A stretch of DNA of 64,000 nucleotides, taken from the NCBI GenBank assembly GCA_017541975.1, contig JAFXYB010000002.1, forward strand, positions 335 through 64,334. The letters are read 5' to 3'. The position numbers were made by a program, and so were the translations under genes. The DNA comes from a bacterium (GTDB lineage Bacteria > Bacillota_I > Bacilli_A > Izemoplasmatales > UBA1188). The notes below the pieces were generated by a model. The model saw only the letters and a program-made list of their open reading frames with translations, did not search any database and was not told where the DNA came from. Shown here in pieces: positions 1 through 9,910 of the stretch (position 1 is the stretch's first letter; each line of letters starts with the position of its first letter).

Positions 1-11
1 GACGTTTAGGC

Positions 12-40
12 AAATCCTCCGCTTGAGGATTTTTATTTTT
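12..40 (+). terminator. Terminator-like hairpin just upstream of mgtE
   Basis: AAATCCTC (12-19) pairs with GAGGATTT (25-32), followed by TTATTTTT. It ends a few nt before the AAAGGAGG SD of mgtE. It is either the terminator of an off-window gene or the expression platform of a leader whose sensor lies off-window. Confidence 0.55.
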
Positions 41-58
41 AATAAAGGAGGTACTATC

Positions 59-1453
59 ATGTCAGATTTTAATGATGCAAGAAATGATATTCTTGAATTG
101 ATTCGAAACCAGGAATTATCAAACGAAGAATTAATTCAGGCCTTAAGTCAATACCATGAATCGGATATTGCCGATGTTTTACCACTTTTAAGTGAAGAAG
201 AAAAGAAGATCTTCTTTGAAAAACTATCCAATGAAGAACTTGGTGAACTTTTAACGTATGTTGATTCTCCAGAAGAATATATCGAGGAATTAGAACCATC
301 AAAAGCCGCCGATATCGTCGAAACAATGGACGCCGATGATGCGGTAGACGTTCTAGAAGATGTCGATGAAGATGTTCTTCAAGATATCTTAGAAGAAATG
401 GAAGAGGAACAAAGGGAAGATATCGAACTCATCCACAAATTTGAAGATGATGAAATTGGTTCTAAAATCACCACAAATTACATCACCATTAAGAAAAACT
501 TCTCTATTAAAGAAGCGATGAGAACTCTTGTGAGTGAAGCACCTGAAAACGACAACATCAACAATCTATTTGTTTTAGATGAAGATGGTACTTACTATGG
601 AACCGTCATATTAAAAGACCTCATTATCGCAAGAGAAGGTACCTCGCTTTTGGATATTACTAAGACAAATTACCCAACACTATATGCTCACGATAAAGTA
701 GAAGATGTCATCAATGAAATTAAAGATATTGACCTTGATATCATCCCAGTGCTTGCCGAAAACGATACAATTATGGGCGTTATCACATCACAAGACATCA
801 TCGAAACTGTCGGTGAAGAATTAGCAGAAGACTACGTAAAATTCGCCGCTGTCGATGAAGAAGCCGATGTTGATGACACTCTTCTCCAATCAGTTAAAAG
901 AAGGGTACCATGGCTTGCGATGTTACTCGTACTCGATATTTTAACTTCATCAGTATTATCTGGATTCTCTCATATATTTACTATTGTGCCTGCGCTAGTA
1001 TTATTTCAATCATGGATTCTTGACTCAAGTGGTAATGCTGGAACACAATCTCTAGCCTTAACCATTCGTGCAATCACAAATGATGACCTCACAAGAGAGA
1101 CATTTATGAAGAGAATGGTAAAAGAATTATTAACTGGCCTATTAGATGGCCTCCTAGTCGGAGCTACCGGTTTCTTAATCTCGTTCTTGTTCCTTTTAAT
1201 CACAAAGAATCCTGTAGTAGGTGATACTGTTGAAATTGGAAACCAATTAACTGCAGCTGGAATCGTTGGTATCGCACTACAATGCGCTATTCCAATCACA
1301 TCTCTTGCTGGACTATTTATCCCTATCATCTTTAAAAAGATTCACATTGACCCTGCGGTTGCATCTGGTCCACTCATCACAACACTTTCTGATATGTGTG
1401 GTGTTGCAATCTACTACGCAATGGCGATGATACTATTTAGTGCATTACTATAA
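59..1453 (+). CDS. mgtE: Magnesium transporter MgtE
   Basis: ATG at 59 follows AAAGGAGG. Acidic MgtE N-domain, CBS-like middle region, and a C-terminal TM domain with DSSGNAGTQS and PLITTLSDMCGV motifs typical of MgtE. Confidence 0.9.
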   Translation: MSDFNDARNDILELIRNQELSNEELIQALSQYHESDIADVLPLLSEEEKKIFFEKLSNEELGELLTYVDSPEEYIEELEPSKAADIVETMDADDAVDVLEDVDEDVLQDILEEMEEEQREDIELIHKFEDDEIGSKITTNYITIKKNFSIKEAMRTLVSEAPENDNINNLFVLDEDGTYYGTVILKDLIIAREGTSLLDITKTNYPTLYAHDKVEDVINEIKDIDLDIIPVLAENDTIMGVITSQDIIETVGEELAEDYVKFAAVDEEADVDDTLLQSVKRRVPWLAMLLVLDILTSSVLSGFSHIFTIVPALVLFQSWILDSSGNAGTQSLALTIRAITNDDLTRETFMKRMVKELLTGLLDGLLVGATGFLISFLFLLITKNPVVGDTVEIGNQLTAAGIVGIALQCAIPITSLAGLFIPIIFKKIHIDPAVASGPLITTLSDMCGVAIYYAMAMILFSALL

Positions 1454-1461
1454 GGATTATT

Positions 1462-2286
1462 ATGCTAAGAGGTGATTTACATTTTCATTCTTTTTATTCA
1501 GATGGCGAACTGACACCAAATGAACTAGTGAAAAGATTAAAAGATAAAAATATAGATATCGCTTGCCTGACTGATCATGATACAATACTTGGATCAGAAG
1601 AATTTATTTGGGCATGTGAAAAAGAGGGAATAGTTTCATTCCCTTCTTTAGAGTTATCTACATATAGAAACGATGAACCAATTCACGTTCTTGCCTATTT
1701 TAAATCTTTAGACTCAATTTCCGATGAATTTAAAGAATATTTAAATGAGATGAAAACTAAAAGATATGAAAGAATGAAAAAATTGGTAGATAATGTCAAT
1801 AAAATTTATGATTTAGGCATTGATTTTAAAGACGTAGAAAAACTTCAGCCAAATATGCTTGAACGTCCTCATCTTGCGAAAATAATCAGTCAGAAATACA
1901 ATATTACAAATAAGGAAGTATTTGATAAATATATAGGTAATGACAATGTTGCCTTCATACCATCGACAAAACTAGATACTAAAGAAGGTATTGATATGAT
2001 TCATAAAGCTGGTGGTCTTGCAATTCTTGCCCACCCATATCAATATAAGAAAAACATTCCCCTAGATTTAATGGAACTTGGTTTAGATGGTATCGAAGTA
2101 TATTATTTTCCTGCATCACCTAAAGGTTATAAACTATATAAAAAATACTGCGAAAAACACGATCTCATTATTACTGGTGGCTCTGACTTTCATCGTGAAA
2201 TAGATGAAAAACACGCATACATTGGTTCAGGAGAATACACAAGTCCATTTATTGAGAAGTTTATAGAAAAGGTAAATTCGCTATGA
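1462..2286 (+). CDS. PHP-domain metal-dependent phosphoesterase (TrpH/YciV-like)
   Basis: N-terminal GDLHFHSFYSDG, later LAHPY and GGSDFH histidine motifs of the PHP fold. Ends in TGA inside an ATGA overlap with the next gene. Confidence 0.8.
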   Translation: MLRGDLHFHSFYSDGELTPNELVKRLKDKNIDIACLTDHDTILGSEEFIWACEKEGIVSFPSLELSTYRNDEPIHVLAYFKSLDSISDEFKEYLNEMKTKRYERMKKLVDNVNKIYDLGIDFKDVEKLQPNMLERPHLAKIISQKYNITNKEVFDKYIGNDNVAFIPSTKLDTKEGIDMIHKAGGLAILAHPYQYKKNIPLDLMELGLDGIEVYYFPASPKGYKLYKKYCEKHDLIITGGSDFHREIDEKHAYIGSGEYTSPFIEKFIEKVNSL

Positions 2287-2747
2287 TTAGAAGAGCCGAA
2301 ATTAAAGACCTACCTGAAATTAATCATTTATTAGAAGAAGTATTAAAAGTTCATAATGCGATTAGGCCAGATATCTTTAAAGGTGCTGGTGCTAAATATA
2401 CTAAAGAAGAACTCATAAATCACTTAAAAGATGAAAAGAAACCGATATATGTCTATGTAGAAAATGACAAAGTTATTGGTCATCTCTTTCTTGAAATTAG
2501 AGAATATGAATCAAACGTCATTATTCCATATAAATCTGTGTTCGTTGATGATCTTTGCATTCTAGATACCGAAAGAGGAAAAGGAATCGGAAAGGCCTTA
2601 ATGGAATTTGCATTTGAATATGCAAAATCGATTGGTGCAAAGGATGTTTCATTAAATGTTTGGAATAAAAATGAGGATGCATTAAATTTTTACGAGAAAC
2701 TAGGGATGAATATTCAAAGATTCACATTAGAAAAGTCTGTAAACTAG
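2283..2747 (+). CDS. GNAT family N-acetyltransferase
   Basis: 154 aa. Acetyl-CoA binding motif RGKGIGKALMEFA and the typical C-terminal ALNFYEKLGM. Confidence 0.85.
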   Translation: MIRRAEIKDLPEINHLLEEVLKVHNAIRPDIFKGAGAKYTKEELINHLKDEKKPIYVYVENDKVIGHLFLEIREYESNVIIPYKSVFVDDLCILDTERGKGIGKALMEFAFEYAKSIGAKDVSLNVWNKNEDALNFYEKLGMNIQRFTLEKSVN

Positions 2748-2816
2748 ACTTTTCTTTTTTATAAAATATATTATAATTACTTCCCATAAAATTATTTGAT
2801 ATGATAAAATAAAAAT

Positions 2817-4115
2817 ATGGAAAAAGTAGTAAATGTAATTGGAGCCGGCCTTGCTGGATGTGAGGCTACCTACCAGCTTACAAAAAAAGGTATAAAGGTA
2901 AGGCTCTACGAGATGAAAAGAATCAAAAAAAGTCCAGCCCACAAACTGGATAGTTTTGCTGAACTTGTTTGTTCGAATTCTCTTCGTTCATCAGATATAA
3001 AAAATGCTGTTGGCCTATTAAAAGAAGAACTTCGTATGATGGATTCACTAATTATAAGAGCGGCAGATAGTACTAAGGTAAGTGCGGGCGCATCTCTTTC
3101 CGTAGATAGAACGCTTTTTAGCGAATATATAACTAATGAGATTAAGAATAATCCACTTGTTGAAGTAATTGATGAAGAAATAACAGAGATTCCATCTTCC
3201 CCAACAATCATTGCGACTGGGCCACTCACTTCAGATAAATTATCTACTGCCCTCAAAGAATTTATTGGTAGCGATTATTTATATTTTTATGATGCGATTG
3301 CGCCAGTAGTCACTAAAGAATCAATCGATTTTAATAAGGCATATTATAAATCGAGGTGGGATAAAGGTGAAGCCGATTATATAAATTGTCCTTTTACCAA
3401 AGAAGAATATATCAATTGGTATGACACTCTAATCAAAGAAGAAAGCGTGGAAGCTCACGATTTTGAAATTAAAGTATTTGAGGGATGTATGCCTTTTGAA
3501 GAGATGGCAAAAAGAGGCATTGACACCTTAAGGTTTGGGCCAATGAAGCCAGTTGGCCTATATTATAACGGAATGAAGCCATATGCGGTCGTACAGTTAA
3601 GAGAAGATAATATTTCTAAATCAATGTATAACATTGTTGGCTTTCAAACAAAACTAAAATATGGCAGCCAAGATAAGATTATCAGAATGATTCCTGGCCT
3701 TGAAAACGCAGAAATAGTAAGGCATGGTGAAATGCATAGGAACACATTTATAAATGCACCAAAAGCGATAAATGAGCACTATCAAACAAAAAATAGAGAG
3801 AATCTCTTTATTGCGGGACAATTATCGGGTGTTGAAGGCTATGTAGAATCGACAGCTTCTGGTTTAATTGCGGGAATTAATATGGCAAGATATATAAATA
3901 ATCTACCGCTTTTGTCGTTCCCAAGAACGACAGCGATGGGTTCGCAGGCTTACTACATATCTCATGTGAGTGAAAAAGATTTTCAACCTATGAACACTAA
4001 TTTTGGAATTTTTCCACCACTAGATATTGAAACTAAAAAAGCTGATAGAAAGATGGCATATGTAGATAGGGCTATAAAAGATTTGGAGGAATTTAAGAAT
4101 GAGTCCAAAGAATAA
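2817..4115 (+). CDS. trmFO: Methylenetetrahydrofolate--tRNA-(uracil-5-)-methyltransferase TrmFO
   Basis: N-terminal FAD motif VIGAGLAGCEATYQL, ELVCSNSLRS, FAGQLSGVEGYVESTASG. Length 432 aa and position upstream of xerC as in Bacilli. Confidence 0.92.
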   Translation: MEKVVNVIGAGLAGCEATYQLTKKGIKVRLYEMKRIKKSPAHKLDSFAELVCSNSLRSSDIKNAVGLLKEELRMMDSLIIRAADSTKVSAGASLSVDRTLFSEYITNEIKNNPLVEVIDEEITEIPSSPTIIATGPLTSDKLSTALKEFIGSDYLYFYDAIAPVVTKESIDFNKAYYKSRWDKGEADYINCPFTKEEYINWYDTLIKEESVEAHDFEIKVFEGCMPFEEMAKRGIDTLRFGPMKPVGLYYNGMKPYAVVQLREDNISKSMYNIVGFQTKLKYGSQDKIIRMIPGLENAEIVRHGEMHRNTFINAPKAINEHYQTKNRENLFIAGQLSGVEGYVESTASGLIAGINMARYINNLPLLSFPRTTAMGSQAYYISHVSEKDFQPMNTNFGIFPPLDIETKKADRKMAYVDRAIKDLEEFKNESKE

Positions 4116-5016
4116 AGAATACCTAGATAAGTTTCTTTCTTACCTCAGGAACGAAAGAAGATATTCAGATAATACAGTCATTGCCTATAAAAATGATATA
4201 GAACACTACATAGGATTTCTAGATAAAGAAGATTTTGGTGATTTAGATGAAATCTCTAGTAAAGTCGCAGAATTTTATTTAGGAGAATTAAGAGATGAAT
4301 ATACTCCTAAATCAATTCAAAGAAAAGTCTCTTCACTGAAAACTATGTATAACTATTTCGTAAATCTAAACGAAATGGAATCAAACCCATTTATCTCGGT
4401 CACTCTTCCTAAACTAGAAAAGAGACTTCCAAAGTTCATCTATGAAAATGAAATACAAGATTTCTTTGATTCCATCGATGTGACAACCGAAAGAGGAAAA
4501 AGAGATAAACTAATATTCATGCTTCTATATGGATCGGGCCTACGTGTCAGTGAACTCACAGATTTAAAGCTTAAAGATTTAAATATAGAAGATAGAGTAA
4601 TAAGCGTTCATGGTAAAGGCTCTAAAGATAGACTTGTTCCAATCAATAAAGAAACGCAAAAAGAATTTAAGACATATCTTTCTATCGCAAGACCAGTACT
4701 CCTTTCTAAGAGTGATGATCTAGATAATGATAATGTATTCTTAAATTTTAAGGGGACATCATTAACCCCAAGGGGTGTCAGAGATATTTTAAATAGACTG
4801 ATAAAAGAAACATCATCCACCTTAAGAGTTTCACCACACACCTTTAGACATTCATTCGCAACACACCTATTAAATAACGGAATGGATGTAAGGATGGTTC
4901 AAGAATTATTAGGCCACTCCAATCTTTCAACAACACAAATCTATACCAAGATTTCTAAAGAAAACCTAATGAAAGAATATGAAAAAGCTTTTCCAAAAGG
5001 TGGTAAAAACCAATGA
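4099..5016 (+). CDS. xerC: Tyrosine recombinase XerC/XerD family (CodV-like position)
   Basis: SAM-like N-domain and a catalytic domain with GLRVSEL, HTFRHSFATHLL and LGHSNLSTTQIYT (R-H-R-Y signature). Synteny trmFO-xerC. Confidence 0.85.
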   Translation: MSPKNKEYLDKFLSYLRNERRYSDNTVIAYKNDIEHYIGFLDKEDFGDLDEISSKVAEFYLGELRDEYTPKSIQRKVSSLKTMYNYFVNLNEMESNPFISVTLPKLEKRLPKFIYENEIQDFFDSIDVTTERGKRDKLIFMLLYGSGLRVSELTDLKLKDLNIEDRVISVHGKGSKDRLVPINKETQKEFKTYLSIARPVLLSKSDDLDNDNVFLNFKGTSLTPRGVRDILNRLIKETSSTLRVSPHTFRHSFATHLLNNGMDVRMVQELLGHSNLSTTQIYTKISKENLMKEYEKAFPKGGKNQ

Positions 5017-5486
5017 TTAGAATAATATCTGTAGGTAGAATAAAAGAAAAATACTTGAAAGACGGTATGGATGAATATATAAAAAGACTTTCTAAGTTCA
5101 CAAAACTTGAAATGATTGAATTAAAAGATATCCCAGTTCCCGATAAAGCATCTCTAAGTGAAGAAAATGAAATTAAAAAAGAGGAAGGGAAGGAAATCTT
5201 ATCAAGAATAAAAGATGACTATGTAATTGCCCTAGATCTAAAAGGAGAAATGTTAGATAGCGTATCTTTTAGTAAAAAAATAGAAGAGATAAATACTAGT
5301 GGTAAATCAAAAATAACGTTCGTTATAGGTGGGTCCCTCGGATTATCTAAGGAAGTAATCGATAGATCTAACTATCAATTATCCTTTTCACCTATGACAT
5401 TTCCTCACCAACTATTCAAATTAATTCTCTTAGAACAAATTTACCGTGCATACAAGATTTTAAACAATGAAACATATCATAAATAA
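5013..5486 (+). CDS. rlmH: 23S rRNA (pseudouridine1915-N3)-methyltransferase RlmH
   Basis: 157 aa SPOUT protein with KITFVIGGSLGLS and the MTFPHQL motif. ATGA overlap with xerC. Confidence 0.9.
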   Translation: MIRIISVGRIKEKYLKDGMDEYIKRLSKFTKLEMIELKDIPVPDKASLSEENEIKKEEGKEILSRIKDDYVIALDLKGEMLDSVSFSKKIEEINTSGKSKITFVIGGSLGLSKEVIDRSNYQLSFSPMTFPHQLFKLILLEQIYRAYKILNNETYHK

Positions 5487-5502
5487 TAAAGGAGATAAAT
5501 AT

Positions 5503-5814
5503 ATGGTACAAGAATTACAAAACAGTTTTATGGAAGAAGTTAAAGAAGGAGTTACATTTGTTGACTTCTATGCCAATTGGTGTACACCATGTCGTATGAT
5601 GATGCCAGTTGTCGAAGAATTATCCGAAGAATTTAATGGAAAAGTTAAATTTATTAAAGTTAATACTGATGATAATCAGGATCTTGCGCTTAGCCTCAAT
5701 ATCCAATCAATCCCAAGATTTTATATCTTTAAAGATCAAAGCGCTGTAAAAGTTTTCGTTGGAGCTCAAAAGAAAGAAACATTAGTAAGCGCTCTCGAAG
5801 AATGCCTCAAGTAA
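5503..5814 (+). CDS. trxA: Thioredoxin (WCTPC active site)
   Basis: ATG at 5503 follows AAAGGAGA. FYANWCTPCRMM redox motif, about 103 aa thioredoxin fold. Confidence 0.88.
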   Translation: MVQELQNSFMEEVKEGVTFVDFYANWCTPCRMMMPVVEELSEEFNGKVKFIKVNTDDNQDLALSLNIQSIPRFYIFKDQSAVKVFVGAQKKETLVSALEECLK

Positions 5815-6608
5815 TTGTAATAGGAAATGGGCCAGCCGGAGTTAGCGCATCAATCTATCTTAAAAGAGCAAATATTGATGTTTTAAATATTTCGATGAAT
5901 GGTAGTTCTCTTTTAAAGGCTAAGATAGAAAACTACTATGGATATGTTGATGTAGACGGCAAGAAGCTCTATGAAAATGGAATAAAACAATTAAATGATT
6001 TAGCTGTATCAACCATCAATGGATTTGTGCAAAAAATTGAATATCTTGATAATGGTAAACTTCGTATTTTTGTTTCAGATAAAGAATATGAAACCGACTA
6101 TTTAGTTCTTGCCTTGGGTTCTCCTTTAAAAATTAATTCAAAATATAAGGATTATTTAGGTAGAGGAGTATCAATTTGTGCTCACTGTGATGCACCGCTT
6201 TATAGAGGAAAAGAAATAAATGTCACAGGTAGTGAACCATATTTAAGCGATATGATCAAAGAATTATCTTTATATTCTGACAACATCTGTAGGATAAAAG
6301 AAGATGATATTCAAAGACTAGAAGGCGAATTCAGTCTTGAAAGAATCGTCTACAATGATGGAACAATTAAAAACATTAACAACCTATTTCTCGCTATCCC
6401 AGTTTCAGGAAATAGACTCTACTATGAACTTGGTTTAATGGTTGATGACAACGGTTATATTGATGTAGATGAAAAATATCGTTCAACCATTAAGAATATA
6501 TATGCTGTTGGTGATATGATTAGCGGTATACATCAAATCTCTTCAGCTGTTTATTCAGGAATGATAGCGGCTCTTGATATTGTTAAAGGGGTAAGAAAAA
6601 GTGCGTAG
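5802..6608 (+). CDS. Thioredoxin-reductase-like flavoprotein, short form
   Basis: FAD motif VIGNGPAGVSASIY, redox CAHCD motif, C-terminal YAVGD. Only 268 aa, and the second dinucleotide-binding glycine motif is degenerate (INVTGSEPY). Confidence 0.7.
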   Translation: MPQVIVIGNGPAGVSASIYLKRANIDVLNISMNGSSLLKAKIENYYGYVDVDGKKLYENGIKQLNDLAVSTINGFVQKIEYLDNGKLRIFVSDKEYETDYLVLALGSPLKINSKYKDYLGRGVSICAHCDAPLYRGKEINVTGSEPYLSDMIKELSLYSDNICRIKEDDIQRLEGEFSLERIVYNDGTIKNINNLFLAIPVSGNRLYYELGLMVDDNGYIDVDEKYRSTIKNIYAVGDMISGIHQISSAVYSGMIAALDIVKGVRKSA

Positions 6609-6852
6609 TATCGAAGATGTAAGAAATGATATTTCGGCAATAGATGTAAAAATCAGAGATTTATTTATTGAAAGGCTTAATCTCATTCAAGAAATCAAAG
6701 AAATTAAAATTGCAACTAGTTATCCTTTTGTTGATAGCAGGAGAGAAGAAGAAATGAAAAACACCTATACAAAGGATTTATCATGCTATAAGAGTGAATA
6801 CTTAGAGCTCTTTAATAAAATTCTTGAAATAAGCAAAAAAACATATAAATAA
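6601..6852 (+). CDS. Small AroQ-type chorismate mutase-like protein
   Basis: 83 aa helical protein with a GTG start. IRxxIDxIDxxIxxLfxxR-like N-terminus typical of chorismate mutase type II. Confidence 0.55.
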   Translation: MRSIEDVRNDISAIDVKIRDLFIERLNLIQEIKEIKIATSYPFVDSRREEEMKNTYTKDLSCYKSEYLELFNKILEISKKTYK

Positions 6853-6899
6853 TCATGATATAATGGTTATTGTGAATAACCATATAAACGGAGGTTAAA

Positions 6900-8204
6900 A
6901 TGAAAATACGACGACTACCCGTACTTCATATAGAAGGTTACAAGGAACTCTCTATCAAAACTGCACCAAAAGAGTTTCTTAAACCAGAACACGTCTATAT
7001 TCCAACCTTACTTCCAAGCCCAATGGATGTAAAGAAAGAAGTAGGCGACCATGTTTTATTAGGCGAAGTGATTATGGAATCTAGAGGCAGATTCCCTTAT
7101 CCAGTTTTATCACCAATAAGTGGTACTGTCACTGCGAAAGTAAAGAAATGGTATCCATCAAACAAGATGTCTGATATGCTTGAAATCACCAACGATTTCA
7201 AGGAAGAAACTGTAGACACCTTTAAGAATCTTGATCCAGATAACATGACGAGAGACGAACTCATCGAAGTAATGAGAAAATCTGGTCTAGTTGGTCAAGG
7301 TGGCGCAGGTTTCCCTGCATATGTGAAATATGCCACAAAAGAAAAGGTAGATATGGTAATTATCAACCTTGCAGAATGTGAACCATTTATTACCTGTGAC
7401 TATACATGTGTTCTATATAATGCCCAAACATTTATCTATGGCTTTAGATATCTATTAAAAGCTGCAGATTGTAATCAAGGCATAATCGCAATAAAAGATA
7501 AAGATATAAACACAAAAGTTATAGATTATCTTGAACCACTTCTCGATTCAAATATGAGAATCGAACTATTAAAAGATGTATATCCAGCAGGTTGGGAAAG
7601 ATACACAGTTGAAACAATATCACATAAAACTTATAAAGCACTTCCAATAGAAGCTGGTGTAATTGTTTCAAACGCATCAACTTGTTACTCATTTGCGAGA
7701 ATGTTAAAAGAAGGTGTTCCACCATCGGTTAAGTATCTTACAATCACTGGTGATGCTGTAAATAGTCCAGGTAATGTACTCGCTAAGATAGGTTCACCAA
7801 TCCCAGAAATCCTACCACTATTTGGTGGACTAAAAGAAGGACACAATCCAGAAAACACTCATATAATTGCTGGTGGCCCAATGACTGGTAAATCAATGTT
7901 CTTCCCTGATTTCATCACAACACAAACCTTAGGTGCAGTAATTTTCCTAGAAAATAAGAATAAAGATAAAAAACAACTGGAATGCTTAGGGTGTGGTAGA
8001 TGCGCAGAAAGATGCCCATCATTCCTAACTCCTGTAGAAATAAAGAAAGAATTAGCTGTTGGAAATATTGAGGAGTTAAAGAAACTCAACGTTACAAAAT
8101 GTATTCAATGTGGACTCTGCTCATTTGTTTGCCCATCAAGAATTGATTTAACATATTCTGTAGGGAAAGCAAAAGAAATGGTTCTAAGGCTTGGGAGGAA
8201 GTAG
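6900..8204 (+). CDS. rnfC: Rnf electron transport complex subunit C
   Basis: GQGGAGFPAYVK nucleotide/FMN motif and two 4Fe-4S motifs, CLGCGRCAERCP and CIQCGLCSFVCP. First gene of the rnfCDGEAB order. Confidence 0.92.
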   Translation: MKIRRLPVLHIEGYKELSIKTAPKEFLKPEHVYIPTLLPSPMDVKKEVGDHVLLGEVIMESRGRFPYPVLSPISGTVTAKVKKWYPSNKMSDMLEITNDFKEETVDTFKNLDPDNMTRDELIEVMRKSGLVGQGGAGFPAYVKYATKEKVDMVIINLAECEPFITCDYTCVLYNAQTFIYGFRYLLKAADCNQGIIAIKDKDINTKVIDYLEPLLDSNMRIELLKDVYPAGWERYTVETISHKTYKALPIEAGVIVSNASTCYSFARMLKEGVPPSVKYLTITGDAVNSPGNVLAKIGSPIPEILPLFGGLKEGHNPENTHIIAGGPMTGKSMFFPDFITTQTLGAVIFLENKNKDKKQLECLGCGRCAERCPSFLTPVEIKKELAVGNIEELKKLNVTKCIQCGLCSFVCPSRIDLTYSVGKAKEMVLRLGRK

Positions 8205-8206
8205 TT

Positions 8207-9373
8207 ATGGCAACAAAATATCTAGTAACTAATGCTCCATATCTTAGAAGTTCGGATCATGGCAGATCAACCCATACTGTAATGAGAGATCTACTTATTG
8301 GTCTTTCCCCAGTTATTTTATTCTCTATCTTCAAGAATGTGATAATGGTATTCATAAAAGGTGGTTACACATCAGTTTTACAAGCCATTTATCCTCTTAT
8401 CACACTCATTGTTGGTCCACTTACTTCAGCACTATTAGAAATGCTTTGTCTCTTTATTATGAAGAGAAAAGAAATCTCTAAATTTAGCGATTTATTAGAA
8501 GAAGTTAAAAATGGTTTTGGTTTCTTCCCAGGCTTATTTATTGTATTAATTTCACCTGTATATATCAATATGTGGGTGCTAATAGTATCCGTTGCAGTAG
8601 GTGAAGTTGTCGGCAAGATGCTCTTTGGTGGTTTTGGGCAAAACATCTTTAACCCAGCAATCATAGGAAGAGCATTTATGGCCTTCAGTTTCTCTAATCA
8701 AATTGGTGTATCATGCTTTGACCCAGCATTAAATTCATATCTTAACGCTTATGAAGCAACTGCAGTTGATGCAATTGCTGGTGCTACACCTCTTATTAGA
8801 TATTCTGGATTAACTGATATTAGCTATGTAAATGCAGTTGAACCATTTGGAAATCTTCTTGATTTCTTCCTAGGAACCATTCCAGGTTGTCTTGGAGAAA
8901 CAAGTTTCCTTGCTTGTTTAATTGGCTGCATCTATTTATCTGTTAGAAAGGTAATAGATTACAAAGTCCCATTAATCTATGTATCTACAGTATTCCTTAA
9001 TACATTAATCGCTGGTCTCTTTATGGGACAGGGAATATGGTATCCAGTATTCCAAGTTCTATCAGGCGGTCTCATGTTTGGTGCCGTATATATGGCTACT
9101 GAACCTGTAACCTCTCCTAAGACAAATCTAGGTAGAGCAATGAACGCAATGATGCTTGGTGTATTAACCGTATTATTCAGACTTGTCGGAAACAACCCAG
9201 AAGGTGTTGCAACCGCAATCGTCACAATGAATATCTTCGGTCTATTAATCAATAGATACGTTGTAAGAGTAAGAGTAGATGGTAAATTAGATAAGAATGA
9301 AGTTCCAGGTTTAGTTATATTCCTCGCAATCTTCACACTTATCTTTGTCTACAACATCATTATGATAGTCTAG
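8207..9373 (+). CDS. rnfD: Rnf complex subunit D
   Basis: Polytopic NqrB/RnfD-like membrane protein with the FMN-attachment-like motif DAIAGATPL. Confidence 0.9.
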   Translation: MATKYLVTNAPYLRSSDHGRSTHTVMRDLLIGLSPVILFSIFKNVIMVFIKGGYTSVLQAIYPLITLIVGPLTSALLEMLCLFIMKRKEISKFSDLLEEVKNGFGFFPGLFIVLISPVYINMWVLIVSVAVGEVVGKMLFGGFGQNIFNPAIIGRAFMAFSFSNQIGVSCFDPALNSYLNAYEATAVDAIAGATPLIRYSGLTDISYVNAVEPFGNLLDFFLGTIPGCLGETSFLACLIGCIYLSVRKVIDYKVPLIYVSTVFLNTLIAGLFMGQGIWYPVFQVLSGGLMFGAVYMATEPVTSPKTNLGRAMNAMMLGVLTVLFRLVGNNPEGVATAIVTMNIFGLLINRYVVRVRVDGKLDKNEVPGLVIFLAIFTLIFVYNIIMIV

Positions 9374-9384
9374 GAGGTAAAGAT

Positions 9385-9903
9385 ATGAAGAATAACTTAA
9401 TTACCGGCTTAGTATTATCAGTTTTCGCTCTAATATGTGGACTTATGCTATCGGTTGTAAATATGTTTACTGCACCGATAATAGAAGAGCGCACAGAAGA
9501 AAAAATCAATAATTCAATCATGGAAGTATGTGAAATCTACCGCGAAAACAAAGACACATATACAATTGATAAAGAATCAATTACCCATGATGAGGTAGAC
9601 TCTGTTTATCTAATAAAAAATGAAAATGGAGAAAAGGTTGAGGTTATATATATCATAAGTGCTAAAGGATATGCTTCAACTATTCAAATGATGGTTTCAG
9701 TCACCAAAGATCATAAAATTGAAAAATCAGTTGTAATTTCATCAGCTGAAACTAAAGGAAATATTAAAACTCATGATTTCAATATGGAAGGCAAAGACTC
9801 TCTAGAAGATTTTGATAAACTCGCAGGGTCAACCATTTCATCTAAAGCAGTAAGAAAGTGTTTTTATACGGCTTTAGATCTATCATATGAGGATCTTAAA
9901 TAG
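9385..9903 (+). CDS. rnfG: Rnf complex subunit G (FMN-binding)
   Basis: N-terminal TM anchor and a C-terminal FMN-attachment-like LAGSTISSKAV. Operon position. Confidence 0.85.
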   Translation: MKNNLITGLVLSVFALICGLMLSVVNMFTAPIIEERTEEKINNSIMEVCEIYRENKDTYTIDKESITHDEVDSVYLIKNENGEKVEVIYIISAKGYASTIQMMVSVTKDHKIEKSVVISSAETKGNIKTHDFNMEGKDSLEDFDKLAGSTISSKAVRKCFYTALDLSYEDLK

Positions 9904-9910
9904 GAGGTTA

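Noticed and set aside
1-58. M-box (Mg2+) riboswitch upstream of mgtE.
   Set aside because: Only 11 nt precede the terminator hairpin in this window, so the aptamer, if any, is off-window. Nothing can be evaluated beyond the hairpin itself.
4099-5016. Tyrosine recombinase as a marker of an integrated mobile element.
   Set aside because: It sits in the conserved trmFO-xerC(codV) context, overlaps both neighbours translationally, and has no flanking repeats or cargo genes. It is a chromosomal dimer-resolution recombinase.
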